A DNA stretch of 63,397 nt, counting the filler, from Coriobacteriales bacterium (GTDB lineage: Bacteria; Actinomycetota; Coriobacteriia; Coriobacteriales; UBA8131), in the NCBI GenBank assembly GCA_031263105.1. It is 7 parts of 7 records of this genome, joined end to end, with 100 filler letters (N's around TTAATTAATTAA, not from the genome) between each part and the next. Parts side by side here need not be neighbours in the genome. Positions count along the whole stretch, not along the records: positions 1 to 13,496 come from JAISGJ010000208.1; 6 more parts are not named here. The stretch is one strand, 5' to 3'. Every line of letters begins with the position of its first letter. Position 1 is the stretch's first letter. Shown piece by piece: positions 1 through 10,104 of the stretch. The position numbers were made by a program, and so were the translations under genes. The notes under the pieces are model-generated. The model was not told the DNA's origin, did no database searches, and saw only the letters and a list, made by a program, of their open reading frames with translations.

Positions 1-2
1 GC

Positions 3-55
3 CCTACTGTCATCCCGAGCGGAGGGGGCGAAGCCCCCGCAGCCGAGGGATCCTT
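3..55. repeat. Partial/variant copy of palindromic repeat family A
   Basis: ctactgtcatcccgagc...gcagccgagggatcc matches the family A arm; at window edge. Confidence 0.7.
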
Positions 56-72
56 GGGTCCTGGCACCCAGC

Positions 73-870
73 CTACAGGGCGAGCTCGAGTCCTACGGGG
101 CAGTGGTCGGAGCCGTGGACCTCGGGATAGATGCGGGCCTCCTCGATGCGTCCTTGCAGGTCGTTCGACACGAGGACGTAGTCGATGCGCCATCCGGTGT
201 TGTTGGCGCGGGCGTTGCTCCTGAAGCTCCACCATGAGTACGCGCCTGCCCGGTCGGGGTACAGGTAGCGGAAGCTGTCGGTGAAACCGGCATCGAGCAG
301 CGCCTGGAAGTCCGCGCGCTCCTCGTCGGAGAAGCCGGCGTTGCCCCTGTTGGGTCCCGGGTTCTTCAGGTCGATCTCGTTGTGGGCCACGTTGAGGTCG
401 CCGCAGACGACCACCGGCTTGTCCTGGGCGAGGCCGGAGACGAAGCGCGTGAACGCCGCCCCCCATGCCAGGCGCAGGTCTATGCGCCTCAGCTCGTCCT
501 GCGCGTTGGGCGTGTAGCAGCATACGAACCAGTAGCGCTCGAACTCGAGGGCGCACAGGCGTCCCTCCGTATCGACGACGGTGGGGTCGGGAAGGCCCGG
601 CCCGCCCTTGTCCCGAGGGCCGAGGCCGAGCGTGCGGACGACCCGAAGCGGCTCCTCGCGCGAGAGCACCGCAGTGCCGGAATAGCCCTTCTTCTCCGCA
701 TAGCTCCAGGTCTGGTGGTAGGAGGCGGGTATCTCAAGGGTGACCTGGCCTTCTTGCAGCTTGGTCTCCTGAAGGGCGAACACGTCGGCATCGAGGGCGT
801 CGAACACCTCGTAGAAGCCCTTTTTGATGGTCGCCCTCAGGCCGTTCACGTTCCACGAGACGAGTCGCAT
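73..870 (-). CDS. xth: Exodeoxyribonuclease III / AP endonuclease
   Basis: SWNVNGLRA, LQETK, GDLNVAH, GWRIDY, SDHCP motifs. Confidence 0.95.
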   Translation of the reverse strand: MRLVSWNVNGLRATIKKGFYEVFDALDADVFALQETKLQEGQVTLEIPASYHQTWSYAEKKGYSGTAVLSREEPLRVVRTLGLGPRDKGGPGLPDPTVVDTEGRLCALEFERYWFVCCYTPNAQDELRRIDLRLAWGAAFTRFVSGLAQDKPVVVCGDLNVAHNEIDLKNPGPNRGNAGFSDEERADFQALLDAGFTDSFRYLYPDRAGAYSWWSFRSNARANNTGWRIDYVLVSNDLQGRIEEARIYPEVHGSDHCPVGLELAL

Positions 871-1039
871 TCCAACACCTTTCTTTCGTGGGACAGGGGG
901 CGGGGAGTGTGCCGCGCTACCGCCAACCCTACCTCAAAGCCGCCCATGGTCCCCCCTCCTTCGGTACGAGACAACACGAAGGAGTAGTATAAGCGATTGC
1001 CGTCCCCTCTGTCGGTTACTGACACACCCTTCACGGACA

Positions 1040-1200
1040 CCCCACTGTCATTCCGAGCGCAGCCGAGGAATCTTCGGCTGCGAAGCAGCCGACTGCGGGC
1101 AGATGCGTCCCCTCGGCTGCAGTTGGGCGCTGGTGCGCCCAAGGATTCCTCGGCTTCGCTTCGCTGCGCTCGGAATGACAGTGGGGGTGTGTACAGTAAC
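1040..1200. repeat. Palindromic repeat family A, full copy
   Basis: ccccactgtcattccgagcgcagccgaggaatc ... gattcctcggc..gctcggaatgacagtgggg inverted arms. Confidence 0.9.
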
Positions 1201-1240
1201 GTGGGGGTGTGACTTGTAACCCCTTCGGCACTCCGACTAA

Positions 1241-1269
1241 TTGACATACTCTAGTAGTGGTGATACTCT
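1241..1269 (+). promoter_or_regulatory. sigma70-type promoter of the ABC operon
   Basis: TTGACA-N17-TACTCT with TGn extension, about 70 nt upstream of the permease. Confidence 0.65.
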
Positions 1270-1337
1270 TCTAACAGAGTATATGCCAAACGGGAGGCAG
1301 ACCCATGGGATTGTCGGGGTAGTATGCGGATGCGTCT

Positions 1338-2324
1338 ATGAGCTTCTTGCCGCAACCAGAGAAGAGGACCGTCACCTTTCGCGAGCTTGTGTTCCTGCTG
1401 CTGCCTGTGGCCGGGATCCTCATCGCCTTGGGCCTTCACCTCGCGTTGCCTACGAGCTACCCTCCCGGGTACGAGCCCTCCACCTACCAGTGGACGCTCC
1501 TTGCCCTCCTCGGCATCTACGTCGTGCTCCTGGCCTTTGCGTGCTTCCTGCCGAGGCTGCGTGTCAGGATGCTCCATCTCTCGGGGCTTTTGTTCGTGCT
1601 CTTCCTCCTGCTCGAGACGCTCGACATCCTCACGCTCAAGACCGGCATCCTCAAGCTGCCGTTCATGCCGAGCCCCGACAAGACCCTCTCGACCTTCACG
1701 ACGCGCACCGCCGAGCTTGCCGAGTCCTTTGCTGCGTCCATGCAGCTGCTGCTCACAGGCCTCGCCATCGGGGCGGCCACCGGCTTCCTCTCGGGGTTGG
1801 CCATGGGCTGGAGCAGGATATGCAGCTACTGGCTCAGCCCGGTGCTCAAGATCATCGGCCCCATGCCCGCCGCCGCCTGGGTTCCCATCGCCGTGGCGAT
1901 CATGCCCTCCTCGCGCGCCGCAGGCCTCTTCCTCATCGCGCTGGCGATGTGGTTCCCCTTCACGCTCATGCTCTCGTCTGCCATCAGGGACACCGACCGG
2001 CGCCTCGTCGAGACCGCGCGCGTCCTGGGCGCGAGCGAGACCCATATCCTCTTCCATGTGGCGCTTCCCGCAGCACTCCCTGCGATATTCACCGGCATGT
2101 TCATGGGGCTCTCCAACAGCTTCTCGGCACTCATCGTCTCCGAGATGCTCGGGGTGAAGGCCGGTCTTGGCTGGTACATCACCTGGGCACAGGGCTGGGG
2201 AGAATACGGGCGGGTCTTCTCGACCGTGGGCGTCTTCATCGTCATCTTCTTCGTGCTCATCACCTTGCTGTTCAAGGTGCGCGACCACGTGATGAAGTGG
2301 CAGAAGGGCCTCGTGAGATGGTAG
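1338..2324 (+). CDS. NitT/TauT (SsuC-like) ABC transporter permease
   Basis: Multiple TM segments, EAA-like loop ETARVLGAS, SEMLGVKAGLGW. Confidence 0.9.
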   Translation: MSFLPQPEKRTVTFRELVFLLLPVAGILIALGLHLALPTSYPPGYEPSTYQWTLLALLGIYVVLLAFACFLPRLRVRMLHLSGLLFVLFLLLETLDILTLKTGILKLPFMPSPDKTLSTFTTRTAELAESFAASMQLLLTGLAIGAATGFLSGLAMGWSRICSYWLSPVLKIIGPMPAAAWVPIAVAIMPSSRAAGLFLIALAMWFPFTLMLSSAIRDTDRRLVETARVLGASETHILFHVALPAALPAIFTGMFMGLSNSFSALIVSEMLGVKAGLGWYITWAQGWGEYGRVFSTVGVFIVIFFVLITLLFKVRDHVMKWQKGLVRW

Positions 2325-3172
2325 GCACGGCGCAGCAGGCGGCCCAACAGGCCGCGCAGCAGGCGGCCCAACAGGCCGTGCAGCAGGCGGCCCAGCAGGC
2401 CGCGCAACAGACGGCGCAGCACCGCCTCGAGGCACGCGACGTCGTGCGCATCTTCCCGGACCAGGCCGGCGAGGACCTGCTCGTGCTGGACAAGTTCAGC
2501 CTTTCCGTCGAGGGCAGCGAGATCGTCGGCATCGTCGGCCCGTCCGGCTGCGGCAAATCGACCTTCCTGCGGCTTCTCGCAGGGCTCGACCGGCAGCAGG
2601 GCGGCAGCCTCGTCTACGACGGACAGCCCATCGACGGCCCCCATTTCGACCGTGGGCTCGTCTTCCAGAGCGCCGCGCTCTTCGACTGGCTGACGGTGTA
2701 CGACAACATCGCCTTCGGCCTCAAGGCCCGCAAGGTGTTCAAGGGCAGGGAGCACAAGGTAGACGAATACCTGAAGATGATGGGCCTTGAGGGCTTCGAG
2801 GGCTCCTACCCCTACCAGATCTCGGGAGGCATGGCCTCGCGCACGGCGCTCGCCCGCACCTTCATACAGGATCCCGGCCTCGTCCTGCTCGACGAGCCGC
2901 TTTCTGCGCTCGACGCCTTCACCCGGATGTCCATACAGGACGAGGTGATCGGGATGCACCGGCGCAGCGGCGCCATCTACCTGCTCGTCACCCACGACAT
3001 CGAGGAGGCGGTCTACCTGTGCGACCGCGTGATCGTCATGTCCGCCCGCCCGGGCCGCCTTATCGGCGAGGTCTCCATAGGCCTCGCGCATCCGCGTAAT
3101 CGTGTTTCCGATGGGTTTGTCGCCAAAAGGCGAGAAGTCTTGGGGCTGCTCTCAGGGCAGCTCCTCAGTTGA
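2318..3172 (+). CDS. NitT/TauT ABC ATP-binding protein with N-terminal QQAA repeats
   Basis: GPSGCGKS, ISGGM, LLDEP, VTHD; ATG 2318 overlaps permease stop. Confidence 0.9.
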   Translation: MVGTAQQAAQQAAQQAAQQAVQQAAQQAAQQTAQHRLEARDVVRIFPDQAGEDLLVLDKFSLSVEGSEIVGIVGPSGCGKSTFLRLLAGLDRQQGGSLVYDGQPIDGPHFDRGLVFQSAALFDWLTVYDNIAFGLKARKVFKGREHKVDEYLKMMGLEGFEGSYPYQISGGMASRTALARTFIQDPGLVLLDEPLSALDAFTRMSIQDEVIGMHRRSGAIYLLVTHDIEEAVYLCDRVIVMSARPGRLIGEVSIGLAHPRNRVSDGFVAKRREVLGLLSGQLLS

Positions 3173-3194
3173 ATCGAAGGAAAGGAGCACGGAA

Positions 3195-4340
3195 ATGAGC
3201 ACGAAGCTATCAAGGAGGAAGTTCTTGCAGGTGTCTGCGGCCGTCGCTGCGGGCGCCGCCGCCATGGCCGTCAGCGGCTGCGCCAAGCCGGAGGAGCCGG
3301 CGCCACCTCCCGTCGAGGAGACCCCGGAGACCCCGGATGTCACCGAGACCCCGGATGCCCCTGAGGTCCCAGAGAGCATCCCGGCCGTCATTGGCTACTG
3401 GGGAGGCACCTGCGAGACACCGATCTACGTGGCCTTTGAGAAGGGCTACTTCGAGGAGTGCGGCGTCGCTGCCGAGCCGCTCCTCATCACCGCCGGTTCG
3501 GCCGAGCCGCTTGCGAACGGCGAGCTGGACTTCTTCCAGGCGACGCCGAACTTCTTCCCGATGATCAAGAACGGCGCGGGGATCAAGCTGATCGACAACG
3601 TGCACACCGGCTGCATACAGGGAGTCGCGGGCGCGGCCACGGGCATCACGAGCGTGGCGGACCTCGAGGGCAAGACCGTCGGCACCTTCGCCGCGCAGGA
3701 CATGGGGCAGATATTCCTCTCCTCGGCCATGAAGAACGCGGGGGCGGACCACACCAAGGTCAACTGGGTGGTCAACGGCGGCGGCCCTGCCACCCTTGCC
3801 GCCCTCTTCTCGGGCGAGATCGACGCCTTCGCGCACTTCGATCCGTATCCCGAGGTCGCCACGCTGCTGGGGGCGACCAAGATATTCAACAACGCCGAGG
3901 ACAGCCCCTTCAGCGGTTACACCTGCTGCTTCCTTGCGATGAACCAGCTCACGCTCGACAAGGCCGACGGCCCCGAGCTCGCCCGCCGCGTCGCCAAGGC
4001 CTTCCAGATGGCCGACGAGTTCATCATGGCCAATCCCGGCGAGGCCGCCCAGATCATCCAGGACGGCGGCTACGTCGCCTCCAGCGAGGCCATGCTGCAG
4101 AACTTCGGCTATGAGGCCCCGTCTGCGGAGGAGACCATCGACATCCACGAGCGCCTGCTCTCGTCCTACTACTTCGGCGGCGGAGACAAGGCGGCCTACG
4201 ACAAGTCCATACGTGCGAACTGGGACATCTGCAACGATGCCGGCGCCCTCGACGACGCGCCTGCGGACGCGGCGGAGTACGAGGCCTATGTCGAGGACCT
4301 CGTCGCCCTGGCCGGCGCCTGGTACGGCAGCGACGCGTAA
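3195..4340 (+). CDS. SsuA/THI5-like substrate-binding lipoprotein, Tat exported
   Basis: RBS AAGGAG; SRRKFL Tat motif, VSGC lipobox; AFEKGYF, DLEGKTVG. Confidence 0.85.
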   Translation: MSTKLSRRKFLQVSAAVAAGAAAMAVSGCAKPEEPAPPPVEETPETPDVTETPDAPEVPESIPAVIGYWGGTCETPIYVAFEKGYFEECGVAAEPLLITAGSAEPLANGELDFFQATPNFFPMIKNGAGIKLIDNVHTGCIQGVAGAATGITSVADLEGKTVGTFAAQDMGQIFLSSAMKNAGADHTKVNWVVNGGGPATLAALFSGEIDAFAHFDPYPEVATLLGATKIFNNAEDSPFSGYTCCFLAMNQLTLDKADGPELARRVAKAFQMADEFIMANPGEAAQIIQDGGYVASSEAMLQNFGYEAPSAEETIDIHERLLSSYYFGGGDKAAYDKSIRANWDICNDAGALDDAPADAAEYEAYVEDLVALAGAWYGSDA

Positions 4341-4348
4341 GGCGGGAC

Positions 4349-4786
4349 ATGAAGCAGAAGGCGTGGGCCGTCACGGCGGGGCTTATGGCCGCAGCCATGC
4401 TTGCAATCGCTGCGGCAGCGGTCTTTCTCGGGCCCTGCACGGGGACGCTTGAGCTGGCCAACGGGGGCGCGGCACCCATGAAGTGCCACTGGACCTACCG
4501 CGCCGTGACCGCGCTCGCCCTTGCGGGCGCGGTCTTCGCGGCGTACTCCGGCACGCTCTCCACCAAGGAGGGCCGTCGCACGGCGGCGGTGGCACAGGCG
4601 CTGAGCGCCGTTCTCATCGCCCTGCTCCCCCTGTTCGTCATCGGCACCTGTGCCGACGAGGCCATGCAGTGCAACGTCACCAAGGTCTACGTCCTGGCGC
4701 TCGTTGCCGTCGTGCTCGTCATCGCCGCCGTTCAGTTCGTCAAGGCCGACCCTGAGAAGGAAGACCTGCCGAAGGCCCGGGTCTAG
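4349..4786 (+). CDS. DUF4418-like membrane protein
   Basis: Four hydrophobic helices, PMKCHWT motif, paired Cys. Confidence 0.65.
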   Translation: MKQKAWAVTAGLMAAAMLAIAAAAVFLGPCTGTLELANGGAAPMKCHWTYRAVTALALAGAVFAAYSGTLSTKEGRRTAAVAQALSAVLIALLPLFVIGTCADEAMQCNVTKVYVLALVAVVLVIAAVQFVKADPEKEDLPKARV

Positions 4787-4804
4787 GGCCTTGCGGAGCA
4801 GCAG

Positions 4805-6007
4805 ATGAGGTACCTTGTCCTTCAGAGCCTGAGGACGCGTCGCATCCAGACGATCGCCGTGGTGCTCACCATCGCGGTGAGCATCGCGGCCTTCGTCGCC
4901 CTCTTTCTGCTCTACGGCGGCATGCAGCGCGGCATCGCCTTGGCCGAGGAGCGCCGGGGGGCCGAGGTCGCAGTCGTCCCGTGGGAGGCATCGGAGTACC
5001 TGGACGACGCCGACGTCCTGTTCGCGGGTGCGCCTGCCCCTATCTACCTGGATGCGGAGATTGCCGAGAAGGTCGCGGCCATCGACGGCGTGGGCCGCAC
5101 GACGGTGCAGTTCTACGGGCAGTCGCTGGCGGAGGGCTGCTGCTCGACGGGCAGCGAGGTGCGCGTCATCGGGGTGGACGCCACGAGCGACTGGCTCATC
5201 GGCTCCTATACGGACTACGACCTGACGCATGGCCTGGCCGACGACGAGGTCGTCATCGGGCGCAACGTGCTCGGGTTCGAGTCGGGGAGCGGCTCCCTGC
5301 TCGGTGCGCGGATACGCGTCGTCGCCGAGCTGGAGCCAAGCGGCACCGAGCTGGACAACGCGATCCTCATGGACATAGACCGTCTGCGCGAGCTGGTGGC
5401 GGCGACCCCGCAGCTCCAGCACTTCTGGGACCGTTACGGCGACCCCCGAGGCCTTGTCTCCGCCATTCTCCTCGACTACGAGCCGGGGTACGAGCCCTAC
5501 CTGACCAAGAACAAGATCGAGGGCCAGGGCGTCAAGGTCATCGAGCGCTCCAAGGTCGTGGAGGACATAACCAAGCAGCTCAGCGTCGTCTTCGCCCTCA
5601 TGTTCGCCGCAGGGATCGTCCTCACCGTCGCCTCCTTGCTCCAGTTCGTGGCCCGCTTCTACTCGCTGGTATGGGAGCGCAAGGCGGAGCTGGCGCTCTA
5701 TCGCGCCCTGGGTGCGACGCGGAGGGGCCTGCGGGCCGTCATCGGCGGCGAGGCCTTCGTCCTCACGGCGCTGGGCGCGGTCGCGGGCATCGTCGGCGGG
5801 ATAGCCCTCTATCGCATCCTGTACTTCCGCCTGCAGGACGCGAGCGCGTTCCCCTTCGCGGCCTTCCCCACCTGGGCGGCGGTGGCAGGCATCGTCGCCA
5901 TCACACTGGTCTTCCTCGCGTTCGCTGCCGCATCCGTCGTCGTGCCGCTCCGTCAGGTCAACCGCATCGACCCGGCATTGGCGCTCAAACAGGTCGACAT
6001 AGGGTAG
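4805..6007 (+). CDS. MacB/FtsX-type ABC permease
   Basis: N-terminal TM, large loop, ERKAELALYRALGA, three C-terminal TMs. Confidence 0.85.
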   Translation: MRYLVLQSLRTRRIQTIAVVLTIAVSIAAFVALFLLYGGMQRGIALAEERRGAEVAVVPWEASEYLDDADVLFAGAPAPIYLDAEIAEKVAAIDGVGRTTVQFYGQSLAEGCCSTGSEVRVIGVDATSDWLIGSYTDYDLTHGLADDEVVIGRNVLGFESGSGSLLGARIRVVAELEPSGTELDNAILMDIDRLRELVAATPQLQHFWDRYGDPRGLVSAILLDYEPGYEPYLTKNKIEGQGVKVIERSKVVEDITKQLSVVFALMFAAGIVLTVASLLQFVARFYSLVWERKAELALYRALGATRRGLRAVIGGEAFVLTALGAVAGIVGGIALYRILYFRLQDASAFPFAAFPTWAAVAGIVAITLVFLAFAAASVVVPLRQVNRIDPALALKQVDIG

Positions 6008-6110
6008 GGGGCCTCCGATTACCGACATAAAGCCCTGCAAGCCTCCCTCACGTATTCGTATACGCCACGGTCGGCTTTCGGGCTTTCTGCCAGCAATCGG
6101 AGGTCCCCTA
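6005..6110. mobile_element. Small hairpin MITE-like element starting at a TAG stop codon
   Basis: TAGGGGGCCTCCGATT ... AATCGGAGGTCCCCTA terminal inverted repeat (15/16), imperfect pairing continues inward. Confidence 0.55.
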
Positions 6111-6159
6111 CCATGAAATTTGGCAGGGTCTACCATGAAATTGGACGGGAGACGCATCC

Positions 6160-6810
6160 ATGCTCTTGCAGCTGTGCGCCATAGGCAAGGACTTCGGGAC
6201 CGAGAGCATCCTGAAAGACGTCACGCTCACGCTCGAGCGGGGGCAGAGCCTTGCCGTCGTCGCCCCTTCGGGGGCCGGCAAATCGACCCTGCTCTCCATC
6301 GCGGGGCTCCTCCTTGAGCCGAGCGAGGGCACGCTCCTCATAGACGGCGAGGACGCCGCCCAGCTGAACGACAACGCGCGCTCGGTGCTGAGGGCCGAGA
6401 AGATCGGCTTCCTCTTCCAACACACCCAGCTCATAGGTGCACTTCGTGCCAGCGAGAACGCCTCCGTCCCCGCGAACTTCATCCACACGCCCTCCCGCAG
6501 GATGTCTGTGGCGGACAGGACAAAGCGAGCGAAGGAGCTCCTCGGCGGCCTCGGCTTGGAAGACCGTCTGCACCACTACCCCTACCAGCTGAGCGTCGGG
6601 CAGAAGCGGCGCGTCGCCACGGCCCGTGCGCTCTTCCTCGACCCGCCGCTCGTCATCGCCGACGAGCCCACCAACGACCTCGATGCCGAGAACGCGCGCA
6701 TCGTGACCGACGCGCTCTTCGGCCGCGTCCTCTCCGGCGAGGCCGCCCTGCTCTACGCGACCCACGACGAGTCCCTCGCCGCCCGCGCCGACCGGGTGCT
6801 CGCGCTGTAG
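6160..6810 (+). CDS. LolD/MacB-type ABC ATP-binding protein
   Basis: APSGAGKS, LSVGQ, IADEPT, ATHD. Confidence 0.9.
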   Translation: MLLQLCAIGKDFGTESILKDVTLTLERGQSLAVVAPSGAGKSTLLSIAGLLLEPSEGTLLIDGEDAAQLNDNARSVLRAEKIGFLFQHTQLIGALRASENASVPANFIHTPSRRMSVADRTKRAKELLGGLGLEDRLHHYPYQLSVGQKRRVATARALFLDPPLVIADEPTNDLDAENARIVTDALFGRVLSGEAALLYATHDESLAARADRVLAL

Positions 6811-6873
6811 GGGAGCGGTGGCGGCGCGGCATGGAAGGCACGGGACGGTTTTGTTCACAGGGTGCCCGATTCC

Positions 6874-6909
6874 CCCTGTAGGGGCGGATTGCCATCCGCC
6901 CCTACAGGG
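6874..6909. repeat. GTAG-type REP hairpin between convergent genes
   Basis: ccctGTAGGGGCGGAT-tgcc-ATCCGCCCCTACaggg perfect stem. Confidence 0.7.
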
Positions 6910-6913
6910 TTCC

Positions 6914-8644
6914 CTACGCCCCGCAGATGTGCTTGGCGGCCAGGTAGGCAAGCACCGCTCCCTGGCCGAGGGTGGCGCCTCCGGCCCAGTAGGCCGCCAC
7001 GCCGGAGGAGCAGTTCCCGGCTGCGTACAGGCCGGGGATGGGGCTGCCGTCCACGTCCACGACCTGGGCGTTCGCGTCGACCTTCAGGCCGCCGCGCGTG
7101 CCGCCCATCATGCCGGGGACGTAGCGGCAGGCGTAGAAGGGGCCTTTCTCGACCGTGCCGAGCACCGTCTCAGGGAGCGTCGCGCCCTCCATCAGCATGA
7201 ACTGCCCCATCATGGCGAGCGTGTCCACGCTGACGGGCTTGCCGCGGTGCCAGACGGGGTCGGTCCCGTTGGCTGCGTTGGCGTTGAAGGCCGCAATCTC
7301 GTCGAGCAGGCCCTCCTTGTCGATGCCCAGCTTGTCGGCCAGCTCCTCCAAGGTGTCTGCCTGCACCACGAACTCGGGCGGCGTGGCGGCGGGCGCGTAG
7401 CCCGGCAGGAGGAAGGTCTCCGCGTAGACGGAGTCCGCAATCCAGAAGCCGGGGATGTTCACGAACTCCATGGTGCCCGTGTCGTAGACGCCGAAGGAGC
7501 GGTTGAACGTGGCATACATGGTCGCCTCGTCGGCGAATCTCCTGCCCTTGCGGTTGACGATGACGCTGTGCGGGAAGCCCCTTGGCGCGAAGGCGTCGCT
7601 GCCGGGAGCGTCGTAGCGGAACACGCCGGGCTTAAACTCCGGGTCCGTGTCGAAGTGGGGGCAGCCGAAGGCCTCGTCCATGTGCGCGAGCTGCGCCCCG
7701 ATCTTTGCGCCCACGCGCTGGCCGTCGCCGGTGTTGTTCGGGCTGCCGTTGGAACGGTAGTAGGGGAAGGGGAGGTGGAACCTGCGCATCTCCTCGTTGT
7801 GCTCGAAGCCGCCGGTGCCGAGTACCACGGCGCCCGCCTTGACCCGCATGTCCCCGCCCCCGTCGTCGAGCACCGCGCCGACGACCGCGCCCGTGCCGTC
7901 GGTGACGAGGGACTTGATCGAGGTGCCCATCGACAGCTCGATGTTCTCATGGCTGTCCACATACGCTTGATAGACCGGCCATTGCTTGGGTGCGCCCAGC
8001 TGCTCGCCCTCGGCGCTGAAGGGGTACCAGCTCCCATGCCCGAACCCGCCGGGCAGCGAGCCCTCGTAGAGCTCGTAGTAGTCGCTGAACGCCCGGTTGA
8101 TGTGCCCCCACTTGGCCCAGCCGTGCGTGTCGAGGACCCAATGGGCGAACTCGTCGCAGGTGTCGACGAAGGCCGCCTGTACGTTCTCGTCCATGCGGTC
8201 GTCGCCACAGAGCCTCATGTAGGTGAGCACGTCCTCGCGCGTGTCCTCGATGCCCTCGTCCGCGTCGAAGCTGAGAAGCGCGAGGGCATGTCCGCCGCCC
8301 GAGGTGGACGACGTTCCGCCGAACACCGCCGGATCCTTCTCCGCAATGAGCACCGTCTTGGAGCCCAGTTCAGAGCAGGCGATTGCGGCGTGTATCACCG
8401 TGCCGGTCCCCACAACGAGGACATCGACCTCCTTGTCCCAGGCCTCCGCCTCGCCCTGTGCGGCACCTGCCGCGTCGCCCGCCGCCGCGCCGCCGTCCGC
8501 CGCCGCCCCGCCGCTCTCGGGTGCACACCCCGCCAGCCCCAAGGCAGCGCCGCCTGCGGCCAGCACCGAGCCCCTCAGAAAACTCCGCCTGCTGAGGCCT
8601 GTCTGGCTGAGCTCCGTCTGCCGTTCTTCTTTTTTCTTTTCCAT
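6914..8644 (-). CDS. Tat-exported FAD-dependent oxidoreductase (FAD_binding_2; flavocytochrome c/KstD-like)
   Basis: RBS AGGAGG, LSRRSFL and LAGC, DVLVVGTG, GGTSSTSGG, GTRGGLKVD, GLYAAGN. Confidence 0.9.
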   Translation of the reverse strand: MEKKKEERQTELSQTGLSRRSFLRGSVLAAGGAALGLAGCAPESGGAAADGGAAAGDAAGAAQGEAEAWDKEVDVLVVGTGTVIHAAIACSELGSKTVLIAEKDPAVFGGTSSTSGGGHALALLSFDADEGIEDTREDVLTYMRLCGDDRMDENVQAAFVDTCDEFAHWVLDTHGWAKWGHINRAFSDYYELYEGSLPGGFGHGSWYPFSAEGEQLGAPKQWPVYQAYVDSHENIELSMGTSIKSLVTDGTGAVVGAVLDDGGGDMRVKAGAVVLGTGGFEHNEEMRRFHLPFPYYRSNGSPNNTGDGQRVGAKIGAQLAHMDEAFGCPHFDTDPEFKPGVFRYDAPGSDAFAPRGFPHSVIVNRKGRRFADEATMYATFNRSFGVYDTGTMEFVNIPGFWIADSVYAETFLLPGYAPAATPPEFVVQADTLEELADKLGIDKEGLLDEIAAFNANAANGTDPVWHRGKPVSVDTLAMMGQFMLMEGATLPETVLGTVEKGPFYACRYVPGMMGGTRGGLKVDANAQVVDVDGSPIPGLYAAGNCSSGVAAYWAGGATLGQGAVLAYLAAKHICGA

Positions 8645-8949
8645 CTTTGTTCCTCCTAGCCACTGGTGGAGCTTCCCTGTGAGGAGTGCCCCGTTTCCCT
8701 TGTCGGCCCCTGCATGTGCGCACACTCCCATGCATGCCCATGCAGCCGATGGCCCAGTATGGCAAACGGGCAGCTGATGGACAAAATCGGAGTTTCCATG
8801 GCTGTGCGGACAAAATCGGGCGAGGCCATCTGAAAATCGAATCGCCCGCCATCGCTCCGGTACACCCATCGTGCCCTCTCCTTCTCCCCTTGCTTGCACA
8901 TGCGGATTCGGGGAAAATGGCAAAACATCAAGGAAGGAAGTGGGATACC

Positions 8950-9864
8950 ATGCGATTTGAATCATTGAACGAGTTTCTCACGTTGGTGAAGCGTCGGAGC
9001 TTTACGAAGGCGGCAGGGGAGCTGTACATCTCCCAATCCAGCCTGAGCGCCCATATCGGTGCGCTGGAAAAGGACCTGGGCTTCGACCTCATAGACCACA
9101 GCGCCTCCTCCTTAAGCCTTACGGCGGCGGGAGTGGAGTTTCTCGGCTATGCCCAGAAGCTGCTGACCTTGTATGCGGAGGCACAGGAGCAGTGTGCGAA
9201 CAGGGCGCGTGAACTGCCGCCTCTGAGGATTCAGGCTATGGCAGCCTCTTCCGAGGTGTGTCAGGCCTTGATGCGGTTCGAAGGATGCCCCTTTGTCTTT
9301 GTCGATCTCGATTTCGAGACGTCAGCGTTCGATGCCCTGGAAAAGGGCATCATCGACTTGGGCATCTGTAGCGGCTACGCCTATCTTCCCACGCTGTCTG
9401 AGCAGATCGAATCCAGAGGCATCGTACATGTGGAAGCGGGATACGGGGAAATGTCGCTCTGCATGGCGAGGAGCCACCCTTTGGCCGCACGCGGCCAGCT
9501 CACCCGTAAAGACCTCAAGGGCCAGACCGTGGTCATCAACAGCGGGGCGCATTTCGACGACTGGAGGCAGGTCGTCACCCATTTGCTGGGCGAGGACCTC
9601 GACCTTGAGTTCTGCATGATTCCGGCAAACAGCCGAAGCAACTTCGCGCTTGCCGACTTCGGCACCATGATCCACGTGTGTGGCTCCCAGCTGCTCCAAG
9701 AGAGCTTTGCACGCCGTGACGACGTGGTGATATTCGACAGCCTCGACGGCGAAAGGCTCCTGTGCGCGGAAGGCATGGCCTACCTCGCCTCGAACGCCCA
9801 GGCCGGCAGACTCGCCGAGGCCCTGGCAGCTGCATGTAGAAGCACGTCTGCGGCCATGGCGTGA
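8950..9864 (+). CDS. LysR family regulator, divergent from the flavoprotein
   Basis: SFTKAAGELYISQSSLSAHIGALEKDLG HTH. Confidence 0.9.
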   Translation: MRFESLNEFLTLVKRRSFTKAAGELYISQSSLSAHIGALEKDLGFDLIDHSASSLSLTAAGVEFLGYAQKLLTLYAEAQEQCANRARELPPLRIQAMAASSEVCQALMRFEGCPFVFVDLDFETSAFDALEKGIIDLGICSGYAYLPTLSEQIESRGIVHVEAGYGEMSLCMARSHPLAARGQLTRKDLKGQTVVINSGAHFDDWRQVVTHLLGEDLDLEFCMIPANSRSNFALADFGTMIHVCGSQLLQESFARRDDVVIFDSLDGERLLCAEGMAYLASNAQAGRLAEALAAACRSTSAAMA

Positions 9865-9891
9865 GCCTGGCAACGAGGCGCCCTCGTGTTT

Positions 9892-10080
9892 CCACGTTAC
9901 TGTTCACACCCCACTGCCATCCCGGGCCCCGCCGAGGAATCTTTGGACACGCAGTGTCCAACGGCAGGCCAAGGGGCCCTTCGACCTGCGGTCGACCGCT
10001 TGCGCGGTCGTGGATCCCTCGGCAGGCCCGGGATGGCAGTGGGGGCCCGGGATGGCAGTGGGGTGTGAACAGTAACGTGG
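9892..10080. repeat. Palindromic repeat family A, full copy
   Basis: ccacgttactgttcacaccccactg ... cagtggggtgtgaacagtaacgtgg terminal IR; one 18-nt unit duplicated. Confidence 0.9.
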
Positions 10081-10104
10081 CTCCTGCACGGGCAGGGCCT
10101 GGCG

